DNA of 64,000 nt from Babesia bigemina (GCF_000981445.1 NC_027218.1:1674001-1738000); one strand, 5' to 3'; numbered from the stretch's first letter, positions 45,701 through 57,753 are shown. The notes: a model not told the origin generated them from the sequence alone. A program made the numbers and translations.

Positions 45701-48381
45701 CTTCGTTCTCACTCATTCGTATATCATCCGCATTTTCCTGTTTTACTAGATAATCAGCTCCATTTTTCACGTTAGTTTCCATGTTTTCCGACTTCACATC
45801 CCACGCACCCGGCGCGACCCCGTTGGTGATGGGACCATCCTCCGATTTAACGTGCGTGCCGTCCACCACCTCGGCAGAGCCCTGTCCACCGTCGGCGGCC
45901 GGGCCGGTACCGTTCATCATTACATCGTCCTCCTCTAGGATACGCCCCCGCTTGTGTGCGGCATTGGCATTTTGCTCCGTTTTCGCATTGTTCCCGCCTG
46001 CCGCCGCCTGCTTCTTCCCGGAGAGCGATAAGTTGAGGGTCTCGCGCTTGTACGGCGACTCGGTGGACACAGGGGACTCGTACATGCCGTCAACCATGAA
46101 CCGCGGATTCCGCGCAGTGGGTGCGGGATTGCGCACCAAAAACTCGTGGCTCTCAATAACGAAGGGCTCCTGCGATGCCACGCCCTTCATCTTTTTGTGC
46201 AACTTCAGCTTGTGCTCCTTGATGGTCTCAAGTTCCTTCAGGTGGGCGTTGTACTGGTCCTGGTACCCGGGCACGAACTCGCAGTTTTCGTAATGCAGCT
46301 GGCACAGCAGCTTGTCCAGGAACGTGAGCTTGGCACTGGCGTCACGGTGCTCCTTGTCGCGCAGCTCACGCAAGCGCCCCGCATCCGCCTCCACCTGGTT
46401 CTGTATCGGCAACGACTCCTGCTTGAAGAAGTCGAACAGCTTCTCCGTCTGGTGGAACCTGCTGACGATGCCGCGAGGGTGCCCGCACACGATGCGCATC
46501 TTGATGACCATACCAAGCAACTTCTTCACGCTCATCTGCTCCTTCATCAAATAGCGGACGCTCATCAACGTGCGGTACCAGCGGAGCGACTCGCTGCTCA
46601 GCGGGAGCCAGACGTCGTGGAAGACCTTCGGCTGCAGCGTGATGGCCTCCTCCTTCAGACGCCGCAACATGACCCGGCTCAGCAGCGTCTTGATGGCCTC
46701 CAGCTCCTCCTTCTTGAACGACGCGTTCGCCGCCGCCGCAGCACTGGCCGCCTGCGACATCGGCAGGCTGCGGCCGAACCTCTTGGGCTGGTTGCGCAGC
46801 GCCTCATCCATCATCACGGTGTCCTTGAAGATGTCGGGGAACATGAAGTTGATCAGCGTGAACAGCTCCAACGCGTTGTTCTGCAGGGGCGTGCCCGTCA
46901 GGAGCAGGCGCATGTTCGCCAGGATACGGTCCATCGAGTGACGCGCGGCGCCCGACTGGTTCTTGATACGGTGCGCCTCGTCGAGGATCAGGCACTGCCA
47001 ACGCGGAATGGTCTCCACGAAGAACTCCTCCTCGCTCTTGACGGTCTCGTAGGTGGTAATGTACAAGTCGTATAGACCTTTGTAGGCCAGCCGGTCTTCC
47101 ATGGCGTGCAGGCGCTCCGTGCGGGACCCGCAAATCTTGATGGAGGTCAGGTGCGGCGTGAAACGGTGCACCTCACGCAGCCAGTTTCCCACCGTGGACA
47201 GGGGCACGACGATCAGGTGCGGCCCCTCGATCTTCATCATCTTCAGGTACGACAGAAAACAGAGCGTCTGGATGGTCTTTCCCAGCCCCATCTCGTCGGA
47301 CAAAATGGCGCCGCCAGTGAGGAACGACTTCAACAGCCAGTCGACGCCGAACTCCTGGTGAGGCTTGAGCTGCACGCCCGTGCGGAGGGGGCGCCCATCG
47401 ATCCGCCGCCCGCTCGGGTAGAAGGAGCTCTTGTGCGCCTTCGCGATGAACTTCTCCGCCTCGATCATGCCCTCCTCCTCGAAGTACTCGAGGATGTCGT
47501 CGATGCTGCGGCCGCAGTTGATGAGGCGCCTGCGGGCGGAGGAGCCCTCGTCCATCAGGTTGCGGGTGAGGACCTCCATGCACTTGTCGGTCACAAACGG
47601 CCCGAGCTCATCCCGGTGCGCGAGCAGGAAGCGGTTGCGATACTTGGTGATTTTGGCCTTCCACAGCTGGATGCACCGTCGCCGCTCCTTCAGGTTCTTG
47701 TCGATCTGCTGCACGGTCCAGCGCTTGTGCATCTGGTTGATGAAGGGGTCCTGGCCCTTGCAGCAGGGGCACTCCCACACGTCGCCGATCGTGCCCACAT
47801 CGAACTCGGGCAAGCAGCCGTGGTGGAAGGAGTTGCTGCAGAAGTCGCAGCCCAGCAGCTTGCCGTGGCGCTGGCACACGTAGCAGATGGAGGAGTTGAC
47901 GTGGTCGCCGGACTCCGCCAGGGGGTTCTGCTTCCTGCGGAACGTCACCACCTGGAAGTCCTCGGGTTTGCACATAGGGCAAAACCACTGGTCGCCGTCC
48001 GGCTCCGCGACCAGCTGCAGGCAGCTGATGTGGTAGCTGTTGGGGCAGCCGTCGCACAGGAGCAGCACGTCGCGGTCATCGCGGTTCTTCTCCTTGCACA
48101 GCTTACAGCGCTCGTCATTTTCGATGACGTTTTCGTCCTCGTAGCGCAGGCAGTTCTCGCACTGGAACGTGCTGAAGTCGTACTGGCCGTTGACAACTTC
48201 GGCGTTGTGGGCACCGCCGGTGGCGATATCGTGCTCCAGACACTCCCGGTGGTACGATTTCGGGCAGCTGGTGCCTGAGCGGCGTCAAACACACGCAGCG
48301 GGTGAACCTACACTTAATGATCGCATCTCCAGTTTTGTAATCGTCCTGGCAGAGCTTGCACCAACTGCGGCGCGGAGCCAT
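42777..48381 (-). CDS. SNF2-family chromatin remodeler with multiple PHD fingers (apicomplexan ISWI-like; intron 48275-48311)
   Basis: N-terminal PHD fingers. Helicase motifs LSDEMGLGKT, DEAH, LTGTPLQN, STRAGGLGINL and QAIDRAHRIGQ. C-terminal PHD/Cys-His cluster. Further upstream exons cannot be excluded. Confidence 0.92.
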
Positions 48382-49067
48382 GTCTGCGGAGTCTACGAGC
48401 GGCCGACTGGGACGCCCGGCGAATGCTCACAGCGCTGAAACGCGGGCTGAGCGCGAAAGGGACCCAGCGGACGCCGGCACAAGGCGTACGTCACTCTATG
48501 CAGGCGCGTCGTCGTCACGCTGCTTCCTTCCAAACCGGCAACACGAGGCAGACACACAAGTCCATAACTCTGCGCCCTTTCAAATGATTCCTAGCCGGCC
48601 GTACACTGCAGTGGCTCTAAAGCGTACTCTGACGGCGTCCGCGCAGAGCGCTGTTCGATGGGAGTGGGGAACGGTCCTGGAGATGGGGTCTCTAGGCGCG
48701 GCTTCGCGTCAGTTAGCGGCCTCGGGCGGGTGGCAAAGCCGCACCAACGCCAGAACCGGCCTGGGCGAAATCCCAGCATTTCGTTCCGGCGGCGGTAGGG
48801 CGGGTTGGCCGCGCACAGCAATGTGTAGCAGGCTACCCCGCAACGATCGCGAATGTCGCGGGTATTACGCAGTGTGCGCATCCGACGACGCTCATACTGC
48901 TTTTTTATACATATTTGCATGTCAACTTCATACGATAAGTGTAGAAGACAGCGCCAAAATCGAGCCGTGGGAGGCACGTGACGCCCGCACTCAACTGGCG
49001 TCCCAGCCCATATCGGCGCCAGCTGCCGCCGTCACAACACCCATACATGACTAATGCGATCAAATAT

Positions 49068-51011
49068 TTATTTTGGTGGGTTGTCTACGATAGTGCCGCC
49101 GGCAACCACGTCCCCGCCGGCCTTTAGTAGCACGCGGCTGAGCAGTGACAACCGGGGAGCGTTGTGCTGGCTGGGGGGGCCGCGGGGCTCGCCGCCAGAC
49201 GCTTGTGGCGCCTTGCGGGGCACTAAGGCCTCCGCCGCGGACAGCGGCACTGGTTGCGCGAACAGCGGAGCAGATAGCTGCAGCACCAACACGCCCTCCT
49301 TCCCAGGCCACAGCGACGTCACCCGCTTCCATTTACCGGCGCCTACGCGCTCCCACACCCCAGAGATGCCCCCGTTGCTCTGGAAGTAGCCGACGAATGC
49401 CGTGACTCCGAATCCGAGTGTCAGCTTGTGGCTGGAGCCGCGGTGGACCAGCACGTGGCAAACCAGTATGGGCATCTCCGCCAGATTGCCCGATCCCGCC
49501 TTCAGGTGCTCTAATGTCGCCGTGTCCACCAGCAGCCGGTCACCGGTCAGCGCCTGAATTTCTTGGCCGCGCAGGGTCATGCTGTCAGCGAAGTCCCGCC
49601 GGGATGCGGATGGAGTCGCACTGAGACTCATCAATCCTAAGCGGGCCGTCAGTTCGTCCGCGTTAGACCCAGATTTAGCTGTACTTAACGCGCCTTCACT
49701 GGCCGGCACTAGGCACGACACTTCGCTGCACGTCACGGCGCTGCGGCTTGGCAGCGCTACGAGCTTGCACGGCGTGTTCAGCGCAGTCTCGAGGAAGCAC
49801 GCGCAACCAACATTCGTCTTCGACATCTCCCACATGTCGAAGATGTGGCACAACGTCGCTCCTGATGGAATCTGACGCTCCGGCGAGATGCAAGCCGACT
49901 CGTCGCTGAACGCGGTCTTTTGGGCAATACCCCGTAGTGCGTCGACCACAGACGGGCCATCGCCCCAACCGGAGTCGCGGTGCACTAGGTTCAGTCCGCT
50001 CATTCCAGACGTCGGCACCACTAGCAACGTCGACAGTGCGTACGACGACACCCTCTCACGCGCCATGCGCATGGCCTTCTCGACTGATTCCCGCTCGGCA
50101 CAGCGGTCGACCTTGTTGACGCAAATAACGAAGTGGCGAACCCCCAGCGACCACAGCAGAAAGAAGTGCTGCTCGAAGTACCCGTTGGTGTCCTCCTTGA
50201 GGAAATCCAAGACGTCAACAATGACGACTGCCGCCTCGGCGAATATGGCGCCGCGCACCAGGCTCGATACCAGCTCATGATGCCCCGGGGTGTCAATGAA
50301 GTTTAGCTTGACGCGGCGATTAGTAGATGGAGCTGGTACTGGAGCAACGGCATCGGTTCCCGGTGCAGGTGCACTTTGTCTCACGGTACCGTCACGGCTA
50401 CCGCTACCGTCAGCCTCCGGCGGCGGGACGACATCTACAACCGCCGATGCCTTAGTCGGGTCTATGGTGATGCCGCGCGAACGCTCGTCCTCACCCTGGT
50501 CCAGGATCCACGCGAACTCGCCGCGCAGCGACCTCGATTCCACCGCCCCCAGTAGGGTGAGCAAGTGCCCCAAAAGGGTGGACTTGCCGACGTCCACGCG
50601 GCCGCAGACCACAACGTTCAGCACGGGGAACGACCCACGTTCTCCCTGTGCTGAAGCCCCCTTATTCGACCGCACGGGCGCATTGCCGCTGCCCGGTTTG
50701 GCCTGACTTTGCACGGGCTTGGCACCGGCCACAACCGACGATGTCGTTCTTGCACCGGGTTGCCCGGCGACACCCTTTGCCGCTGGTTCCTGCGATCTGC
50801 CTGCAGCGCCCTTCTGAGCTACGTGCGGCTTCGGCGCAGCAGCGGCAGAGCGTGATTTCGGCTGCACGTTAGCCGCCGGTGCGCCGCCACGGCGGCCCTG
50901 CCCCTTCTTATGGACCGGGACTACGAAGTCGTCGTAATCAGACACATCGTAATCCGAATCCGAGCAGGAGTACTCGCTATCCGCGCCGGCATAGCGGCGT
51001 GCAGCGGCCAT
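49068..51011 (-). CDS. HBS1: HBS1-like translational GTPase (eEF1A/eRF3 family)
   Basis: VVCGRVDVGKSTLLGHLL, AWILDQGEDERSRGITID, DTPGH, NKVD and PTSG. Acidic DYD N-terminus with a low-complexity linker. Confidence 0.75.
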   Translation of the reverse strand: MAAARRYAGADSEYSCSDSDYDVSDYDDFVVPVHKKGQGRRGGAPAANVQPKSRSAAAAPKPHVAQKGAAGRSQEPAAKGVAGQPGARTTSSVVAGAKPVQSQAKPGSGNAPVRSNKGASAQGERGSFPVLNVVVCGRVDVGKSTLLGHLLTLLGAVESRSLRGEFAWILDQGEDERSRGITIDPTKASAVVDVVPPPEADGSGSRDGTVRQSAPAPGTDAVAPVPAPSTNRRVKLNFIDTPGHHELVSSLVRGAIFAEAAVVIVDVLDFLKEDTNGYFEQHFFLLWSLGVRHFVICVNKVDRCAERESVEKAMRMARERVSSYALSTLLVVPTSGMSGLNLVHRDSGWGDGPSVVDALRGIAQKTAFSDESACISPERQIPSGATLCHIFDMWEMSKTNVGCACFLETALNTPCKLVALPSRSAVTCSEVSCLVPASEGALSTAKSGSNADELTARLGLMSLSATPSASRRDFADSMTLRGQEIQALTGDRLLVDTATLEHLKAGSGNLAEMPILVCHVLVHRGSSHKLTLGFGVTAFVGYFQSNGGISGVWERVGAGKWKRVTSLWPGKEGVLVLQLSAPLFAQPVPLSAAEALVPRKAPQASGGEPRGPPSQHNAPRLSLLSRVLLKAGGDVVAGGTIVDNPPK

Positions 51012-51426
51012 TATGACGCGGAAGGTGGAGGGAGCGAGACAATGTGTACCATGCCCACCATCACTCCCGTGCTGTCCGCACCAACGCCGCCCTGAAACGC
51101 GCGAGACATGTGAAAAGGGCAAGAAAACGACAAAAATTTGGAGGAAGGCGGCACACCACGCAGACAGGCTGACCCCGCCACGGCAGGCGTAACGGCGCTC
51201 TTCGGCGGCTGCACCTCCTGAATCCCTGCCGTCACCGACACATCGACGGCACGCCTGGAATTAGCGTAGTGAGTGACGCGAAGTGCATATTTCGTGCACT
51301 TCACTCATTTAAACAGGGGCGGGCGACATCCATGTGTAATGCACTTCACTTCGAATAACTTTCCGCGATCGACGCCCGATGCGGATTCTGCGCCACCGGT
51401 TGGGATGCGCGTAAATTAGCATACCA

Positions 51427-53013
51427 ATGGACGCCAAAATCGCACAGCGGCTTTGCCACATGCTGGCAAGCTGCGAGGAGGCTACGCGCCAGCGCGCCTT
51501 GCGCAGCCTCGGAAAGCTGTTCGCGCAGGCTACGGAAAAGGTCGACGAGCTGCTTCTGCTGAAAATCTGCAAGGCTCTGTACTACATGCTTTGGATGACC
51601 GATAAGCCGCTAAAGGTGCGCAGGGTAGCGGTCGCCATCGTGGAGACCCAGAGCAGGTTCACCGACCGGGCTAACCGTATGCACTTCTTCTCGTGCCTGT
51701 TCAGGTCGATGTCGATGGAGTGGCCGCTGCTAGACAAGCACCGGCTCGACAAGATGCTGCTGTTCGTGCGCGTCGTGGTGGCGTCGCTGCTGGAGGTGCT
51801 GAACGGCGGCGGCTGGGAGCAGGGCGACATGCGGGAATTCGCAAGGATCGTGCTGGACAAGCAGGGCATTTTCAACAAACGCAGTTTGGGGCTGGCATTC
51901 CAGTTCATACAGGTATTTTGGGAGGAGTTCCGCCAGAACCGGGAGGGGCTGCTCAAGAGCGGCGAGTTCACCGAGCTCAGCAGGGAGGTCTTCCTGCGGC
52001 TGACGGCGCCGTTCCTGCAGCTCATGGTCACGCTGGACAACAAGCAGGTGCTGAACACGCTGGAAATGTACGTCCTGAAGCCGGCGCCGGGCGTCCCCGG
52101 GATGCCCGTCCAGGGCTACGTGCTCGCATGCGAGAGGCTCGCCGAGAGCCCGGCCATCCGCGGATCGGCGCGCAAGGTGTTCAAGCAGATACCGCAGGGG
52201 CACGAAGGCGCCGTTGACGCCGATCAGGACCTGCATAAGCTGGTCGACGAGACGGTGGCGGCCATAGAGGCCGCCGTGGCGGAGCTCCGCCAGGCGGACG
52301 CCATGGGCGTCGCGGTCGCCACGCACGCCCACGGCAACGCCGCAGCCACCAACGCTGGCGCCTCTGCGGAGCGCAGCGCAAATCGCAGCAAAGAGAGCGG
52401 CGCCGTCAGCGGCATTGCCGCGGACGGGAGCGCTGAGGACGGCGACGTGGAGATGGTGCCAGAGCTCGAGGACGTGTCGGCGGAGTTGCAGCGGCATGGT
52501 GCCGATGGACGCATGGAATTGGACCCCGGCGAGGGCTTCGTCAGCCTTGCGGAGGCGTTTCTGCCCCGCACATCGAAGAAGGGGCTGGGGAAGCACATGC
52601 GGGAAATCGCCACGCTGGACAGGGTGCGCAAGTTCATGGTCGCGTCGGGGCTGGACGACCACGAGATGCTGAAAAAGCTGAACTCGCCGAAGGTGCGCAG
52701 GCAGATGGCGCTGCTGGGTCTCCACGCCATTCGCAGCCTCAACCCGGACCGGAAGTTCAAGTGCGCGCGGAAGCTGCACCGGATCGTGAACATCACCGAG
52801 ACGGCTCAGGCCCTGCCAAGCCGGAGGCGGTCGGTCGACGTCGCGAAGGCGCTGCACAACATCAAGCACACTGCGCCCGAGAAGTCCATCGTGCGCAAGC
52901 GCAACAGGGTGAGCACCGAAACGAAGCGCGTGGTTTTCAACCTCAAGAACAACCAGGTCGCCACCATACCGAAGAAAACGAAGAGCACGCTGACGATGCC
53001 AATGTGGTACTGA
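51427..53013 (+). CDS. RRP1: Nucleolar rRNA-processing protein RRP1/Nop52 family
   Basis: LLKICKALYYMLWMTDKPL, EWPLLDKHRLDKMLLFVR and the C-terminal KRVVF.L..N motif. Confidence 0.85.
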   Translation: MDAKIAQRLCHMLASCEEATRQRALRSLGKLFAQATEKVDELLLLKICKALYYMLWMTDKPLKVRRVAVAIVETQSRFTDRANRMHFFSCLFRSMSMEWPLLDKHRLDKMLLFVRVVVASLLEVLNGGGWEQGDMREFARIVLDKQGIFNKRSLGLAFQFIQVFWEEFRQNREGLLKSGEFTELSREVFLRLTAPFLQLMVTLDNKQVLNTLEMYVLKPAPGVPGMPVQGYVLACERLAESPAIRGSARKVFKQIPQGHEGAVDADQDLHKLVDETVAAIEAAVAELRQADAMGVAVATHAHGNAAATNAGASAERSANRSKESGAVSGIAADGSAEDGDVEMVPELEDVSAELQRHGADGRMELDPGEGFVSLAEAFLPRTSKKGLGKHMREIATLDRVRKFMVASGLDDHEMLKKLNSPKVRRQMALLGLHAIRSLNPDRKFKCARKLHRIVNITETAQALPSRRRSVDVAKALHNIKHTAPEKSIVRKRNRVSTETKRVVFNLKNNQVATIPKKTKSTLTMPMWY

Positions 53014-53243
53014 ACTTCGGCCGCCGACGGCGCAAGTGGCAGCACGCGCCGACGAACACGGGGAATGCTATAATATCGTATCTGGGCAGCTACAAATCTC
53101 ACAGTCCGCCGGCGCCCAGGAGGTACCTGACCGACGTAGCGGGCCTCACGCGGCCGGGGTCCAGGGGTCCACCACCAATGTTCGGCGTGGCCACCGTGGC
53201 ACCGGCAGTGCAAGCGGCGCACCAATGCATTACACGAGTATCG

Positions 53244-53800
53244 TTAAAACTCTGAGTCATCAGTCTCACCGGAAACTACAAACCCCTCCTCGTCGCAGTT
53301 CAGGACCGCGGCCACATCGTCCAGGTAGTGGCACAGCATGCCCTGGATCATGTGCTTCAGCGTCACGTCGCTCTGCGCGCAGCCAACGCACGCGCCGCTC
53401 AGTCGCACGTACACGAAACCTGCGGCATAGTGAACACAATGGCGGCAAAGGGACCCGCGCCGCATGGGTTGGCGCAGCGGCCCGGGCGGCCACGGAGCGA
53501 GAGGAACACACCTGTTTCTGGGTCGTATGAGACGAAAGTGACGTCGCCGCCGTCCTGCTGGACCACTGGGCGGATGCGCTTCTCTAGCAACAACTGTATC
53601 GACTCCACCACCTCCAGATCCTTCTCGCTGTAGCTGGAGGGGATCACGGCGCGCGCTCGGTCGGAGAATCGGCGTCTAAACTCGCAGCTCGGCCCGAAAT
53701 GGCGCGCAGATGTAGGCGGAACGTGGCAGGGGAGCGCGCGGCAGCGCGATCGGCAGGCCTGGGTGAAGAGCCGCGGCAGCGACCGCGACAGAATCCACAT
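53244..53800 (-). CDS. NFU1: Mitochondrial NifU-like Fe-S scaffold (intron 53420-53511)
   Basis: IRPVVQQDGGDV, VRLSGACVGCAQSDVTLK (CxxC) and an Arg-rich presequence. Confidence 0.9.
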
Positions 53801-54822
53801 CCGACACTGCTACGTCGCCGCGGCCTCCAGAACCACAGCCACGCGAGGTACGCTACACAAAGCAAGCCACACACTTATGTGTACGTAAACCTTCGACTAA
53901 TGCTACCCGTGTTACTGCCTTTCCGCGACTGCCCTCACGCCCCGGGCCCTGGCGAAGGAGCGCGCCGAGGGCCCACCTCACGGAGACGCCGCGCGGATTC
54001 ACCCCGCAGCTGCACTCGACGTTCTAGCATGTATTAAATTGTGAAGGTGATTGCGATATAGGCATCCTTCAGTGCTCGTGCGGTCGTTCATACAGCCTAC
54101 GTGAGAGCGGCTCGCAGCGATTGTGCCCGGATACAGCTCCGTATCCGCATTGTTCTGTTTTAACGTGTACTTATATTGCGAGCAAGGCTAACTGTTGGCA
54201 TTCGTCGGAGGCAATACCGACCAGGGAGGCCTGTACAGCACATTTTCAAAGCCTTAGCCGCCGCGACAGCAAGATCCACCCCGGAAACGACGAATTCGCC
54301 GCCGCAATCCGGAATATCACCCGATCACCCGCGAACATGTCGCATATTTAAGGGAAATTTTAATTTAACGTGTTCCAGCAGGCGCTGTTGGGGAGCCATT
54401 TAGTTGGAGTTGCGCCATCTGACATGGAAGGGTACCCTGGAAACAAAAGCAGGAGACTGGCTCTTCCGAAACGACAGGCACCAGGATAACTGTAGTCGTG
54501 TAGGACTCGAACGCAACTTTGTGGGCTCTACTTTTGCACAGTAGCTTCCGGCGAGCCCTTTACGTCTGGACAGCATTTTTCACGTCTGTGTCCGGCTTGT
54601 TAGCTTGTAATCGCGCCCACCACGAGGCACTTTGGATTTGTCAGGGCGGCGCATGGAAATATTTTTCACTGAAATGAACATCATCATTTGATCCCCCAGC
54701 GCCCATTTCACCCAGGGAATGTATCAACGGCCACCACGGCACTTTAACGGATGACTGCAATTAGATTTTAAATTTCAACCAAAACCATTTTCAACACCAA
54801 CTGGAGACACATCGCACGCGAA

Positions 54823-57753
54823 ATGGCGAACGAAAGGCAAGGAACTGAACCGGAGGCCGACCCCCAAGAGGCGGGGGACCGTGGCACTGGTGTGACCAAC
54901 AGTCCCTCAGCAAGCCAGGATGCGGCAGCGCAACCGCTACCCGATACCGACGTTACTGTGGATCGGCAGCCCAGCCCTTCTGATGCTGACGACGCGAAAA
55001 TGGTGGGCTGCCCTGGAACGCTGCTCCCGCTCACCACCACCATGGAGACCAACAATGTGGACTGCGACAGCTACTACCTGTCGAAGTCGAACTCATCGGA
55101 GCTGACCAGCGAGATGGAGGGGGACAACGAGCGCGACCTGGATAACATGATGGAATTCCACTCTGCCTTCATTCCCTCGTCGTCGGAGCCGGACACACCC
55201 GTTGGTAACGCCCGAGACGGAGTGTACGAATGGTACGACGTGTTCGCGCGCACGAAGCGGCATTTCCTGAGCAACTTCGGGTACGACGAGAAGCCGCAGG
55301 TGCGGGTCGATAACAGCGCAGGAAGCGGACCGCGTCATGCGGCCGACAGCGGCCTCGCCAAACTCGTTGCCGACCGCACAGCGCCTCGCAACGCGCTGTG
55401 GAAATGGGCGATACCGAAGCTCGAGCGGTTCCTGGACGCGCACGACGTGCTAATGCTGCGGCAGACGTGCGTCGACCTCTACAGGCATAAATACACCCTC
55501 CGCCCTCATAACGAGCTGTGCTTCCGCGGGTTCGTCGGCTACGACATGGACGTCGTCATCGGCTTCGTGATACCGCTGCTGGCCAAGGTATACGGCCTGA
55601 CCGACGGCGACAAGCTTGGGCTGGACTTCAGCCAGTGCTACAACCTGAAGGACATCTCTATCGTCCGCATGCTGTCCTCACAGGCCGTGCTGAACAGCAG
55701 CTTCGACACGCAGATGATCTGCAGGAACATGAGGATGCTGACGCTGGACTACTGCCACCAGATCACCGACAAGGGGCTGGAGGTGATGCTCGCGACCAAG
55801 CTGCCGAACCTGGAGAAGCTCAGCATGGTCTGCTGCCGCAACGAAAACATCACGGGGGCGCCGTTCACCACGATGCTCTCCGAGGACAGGTGGCCGCGGC
55901 TAGCGCGGTTCAACTGCAGCTTCAGCAACGTCACCCTGGAACCCATAGAGGCCGTCGCCAACTTCATCCATCGCACAACGACGGCTGCACGGGCCCAGGA
56001 GGTGTCCGACGAGCTGCACAAGCGGCTGCACGCCGATTGCACGGGGTACGCGTGCAACTCCAGGCGGTGGAATGACATAGGACGGATGATAACACGTGAT
56101 GGTGAGGCGCCCGCCAGCGACGGCACCGCACAGCCGTCCCCCAGCCACACCGCCCACCCGCGGTGGCAACTGGAGATCACCGGCTGCTGGGGCAGCAGGA
56201 TGTTCCTGGATAAGCACGGATTCGGCGCCGAGCTGCACGCATTCGCGTCGGCGGTGAAGATGAAGTCCATCAAGATATGCTCCAAGCTCACCAAGCGCGT
56301 GCAACGCGGGCTGCAGGAGATGGCCGAGCGGTCTCCGGACGATGTGGCGCTGCAGCTGGTGATGAACCGGGGGAGCGAACTGCTGGTGAACTGCCCCATA
56401 GTGGAGCACGACAGGCACAACACCATGGACATGTGGACGCTGCCGATATCCATAACAATCCAGAACGACGACATGGAGCTGTGCAACCTCCTGATTCGCA
56501 GGGGCGCGCGCGTCAACGTGTGGGACTACTGCGGGAAAAGCCCGCTGTACAAGGCGTGCGAAATGGGCAGGACCGCGTTCGTCAAGCTGTTCCTGAAGCT
56601 GGGCCAGGCGCCGATGGCACTCGACGACAACGGGTTCTCTCCCATTGCGATATGCGTGAAAAGCGGCAATTCCGCGTACGTCAAGCTTCTGCTCAAAGCT
56701 GGGGTGCAGCTGAACCTCAAATGCCCGCACATCCGGGATTTCAAGTCGCCGCTGTACATCGCCTGCGAGGCCATGGCCGACGACTGCATCCGCCTGCTGC
56801 TGGAGGGCGGCGCTGACCCGAACTGGCTCTACCACGGGAGGCTGAGCGTAACCCTGCTCGCCTACCAGCACGACAAGAGCTGGCTGCCGGTGTTCCTCAA
56901 GTACGGCGCCGGCAAGCCGCTGAACAAGAGGTGGATCCTGACCGACGTGCTGAGCTGCGCCATCAAGAACGGAAACCGGGAGTCGGCGGCGATTCTGGTG
57001 AGCCAGTACCCGGATTTGCTGGAGCGCAAGCACAACGTGTGGTCGACGCCGCTCGTCCAGGCCGCGCGGCTGGGTGAGGCCGCGATACTCCAGACCCTGC
57101 TGGACGCAGGAACCGACCTGAAGAATTCGGATATGTACGAAACCACGCCGATGCACGCCGCGGCCGAGGAAGGGCGCCTGGAGTGCCTGCGCCTACTCGT
57201 CAGCAACGGCGCCGATATCAACGCGCGAGATATTGCGGGGAGGACGCCGCTCTACCTCGCGGTGCTGGAAAACCAGGCGCGCGCCGTGGAGTTGCTGCTC
57301 TCGCTCGGCTGCGACGCCAACGCCGCGGAGTTCTCAAACGACGAGACGCCCCTCATGGCCGCGCTGGGCACCCGCAACGAGGACATCGCGCTGCTCATCA
57401 TCAGCAAGGCCAAGGACCTGCGGCTCGACGCAGTGGACAAGTTGGGCAGGAGCGCGAGCCTGTACGCGCTCTACTTCGAGCAGATCGCCGTTGGTGAGGC
57501 CATTCTCCACCAATGCGCGCAGCTGGGCATCTGCAACTCGGCCGTGGAGATCCGGCTGTTCAACGCAGTCATCTGCGACCGGATCAAAGCGCGCTCCGCG
57601 AACTACAAACACCTCACGCGGTACGCCAAGCACTACCGCGACGTCAACGCGCACGTCATCAGGGATAACCGCATCGATTTCCTGTTCGCGCAGAGGTGGC
57701 CCCTGGTGAAGAGCCTAATCGGCCGGATCAGGGGGCTGGCCGCCAACCCCTGA
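54823..57753 (+). CDS. F-box-like / leucine-rich repeat / ankyrin repeat protein
   Basis: Cys-containing LRRs (LDFSQCYNLKD, LTLDYCHQITDKGL). Many ankyrin repeats (GKSPLYKAC, TTPMHAAAEEG, GRTPLYLAV). F-box-like segment at about 55396-55490. Confidence 0.8.
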   Translation: MANERQGTEPEADPQEAGDRGTGVTNSPSASQDAAAQPLPDTDVTVDRQPSPSDADDAKMVGCPGTLLPLTTTMETNNVDCDSYYLSKSNSSELTSEMEGDNERDLDNMMEFHSAFIPSSSEPDTPVGNARDGVYEWYDVFARTKRHFLSNFGYDEKPQVRVDNSAGSGPRHAADSGLAKLVADRTAPRNALWKWAIPKLERFLDAHDVLMLRQTCVDLYRHKYTLRPHNELCFRGFVGYDMDVVIGFVIPLLAKVYGLTDGDKLGLDFSQCYNLKDISIVRMLSSQAVLNSSFDTQMICRNMRMLTLDYCHQITDKGLEVMLATKLPNLEKLSMVCCRNENITGAPFTTMLSEDRWPRLARFNCSFSNVTLEPIEAVANFIHRTTTAARAQEVSDELHKRLHADCTGYACNSRRWNDIGRMITRDGEAPASDGTAQPSPSHTAHPRWQLEITGCWGSRMFLDKHGFGAELHAFASAVKMKSIKICSKLTKRVQRGLQEMAERSPDDVALQLVMNRGSELLVNCPIVEHDRHNTMDMWTLPISITIQNDDMELCNLLIRRGARVNVWDYCGKSPLYKACEMGRTAFVKLFLKLGQAPMALDDNGFSPIAICVKSGNSAYVKLLLKAGVQLNLKCPHIRDFKSPLYIACEAMADDCIRLLLEGGADPNWLYHGRLSVTLLAYQHDKSWLPVFLKYGAGKPLNKRWILTDVLSCAIKNGNRESAAILVSQYPDLLERKHNVWSTPLVQAARLGEAAILQTLLDAGTDLKNSDMYETTPMHAAAEEGRLECLRLLVSNGADINARDIAGRTPLYLAVLENQARAVELLLSLGCDANAAEFSNDETPLMAALGTRNEDIALLIISKAKDLRLDAVDKLGRSASLYALYFEQIAVGEAILHQCAQLGICNSAVEIRLFNAVICDRIKARSANYKHLTRYAKHYRDVNAHVIRDNRIDFLFAQRWPLVKSLIGRIRGLAANP

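Noticed and set aside
54495..54560. B-box-like GTTCGAGTCC on the minus strand with a nearby GGGCTC/GAGCCC stem
   Set aside because: The T-stem does not pair and no cloverleaf forms, so no tRNA or other ncRNA can be supported.
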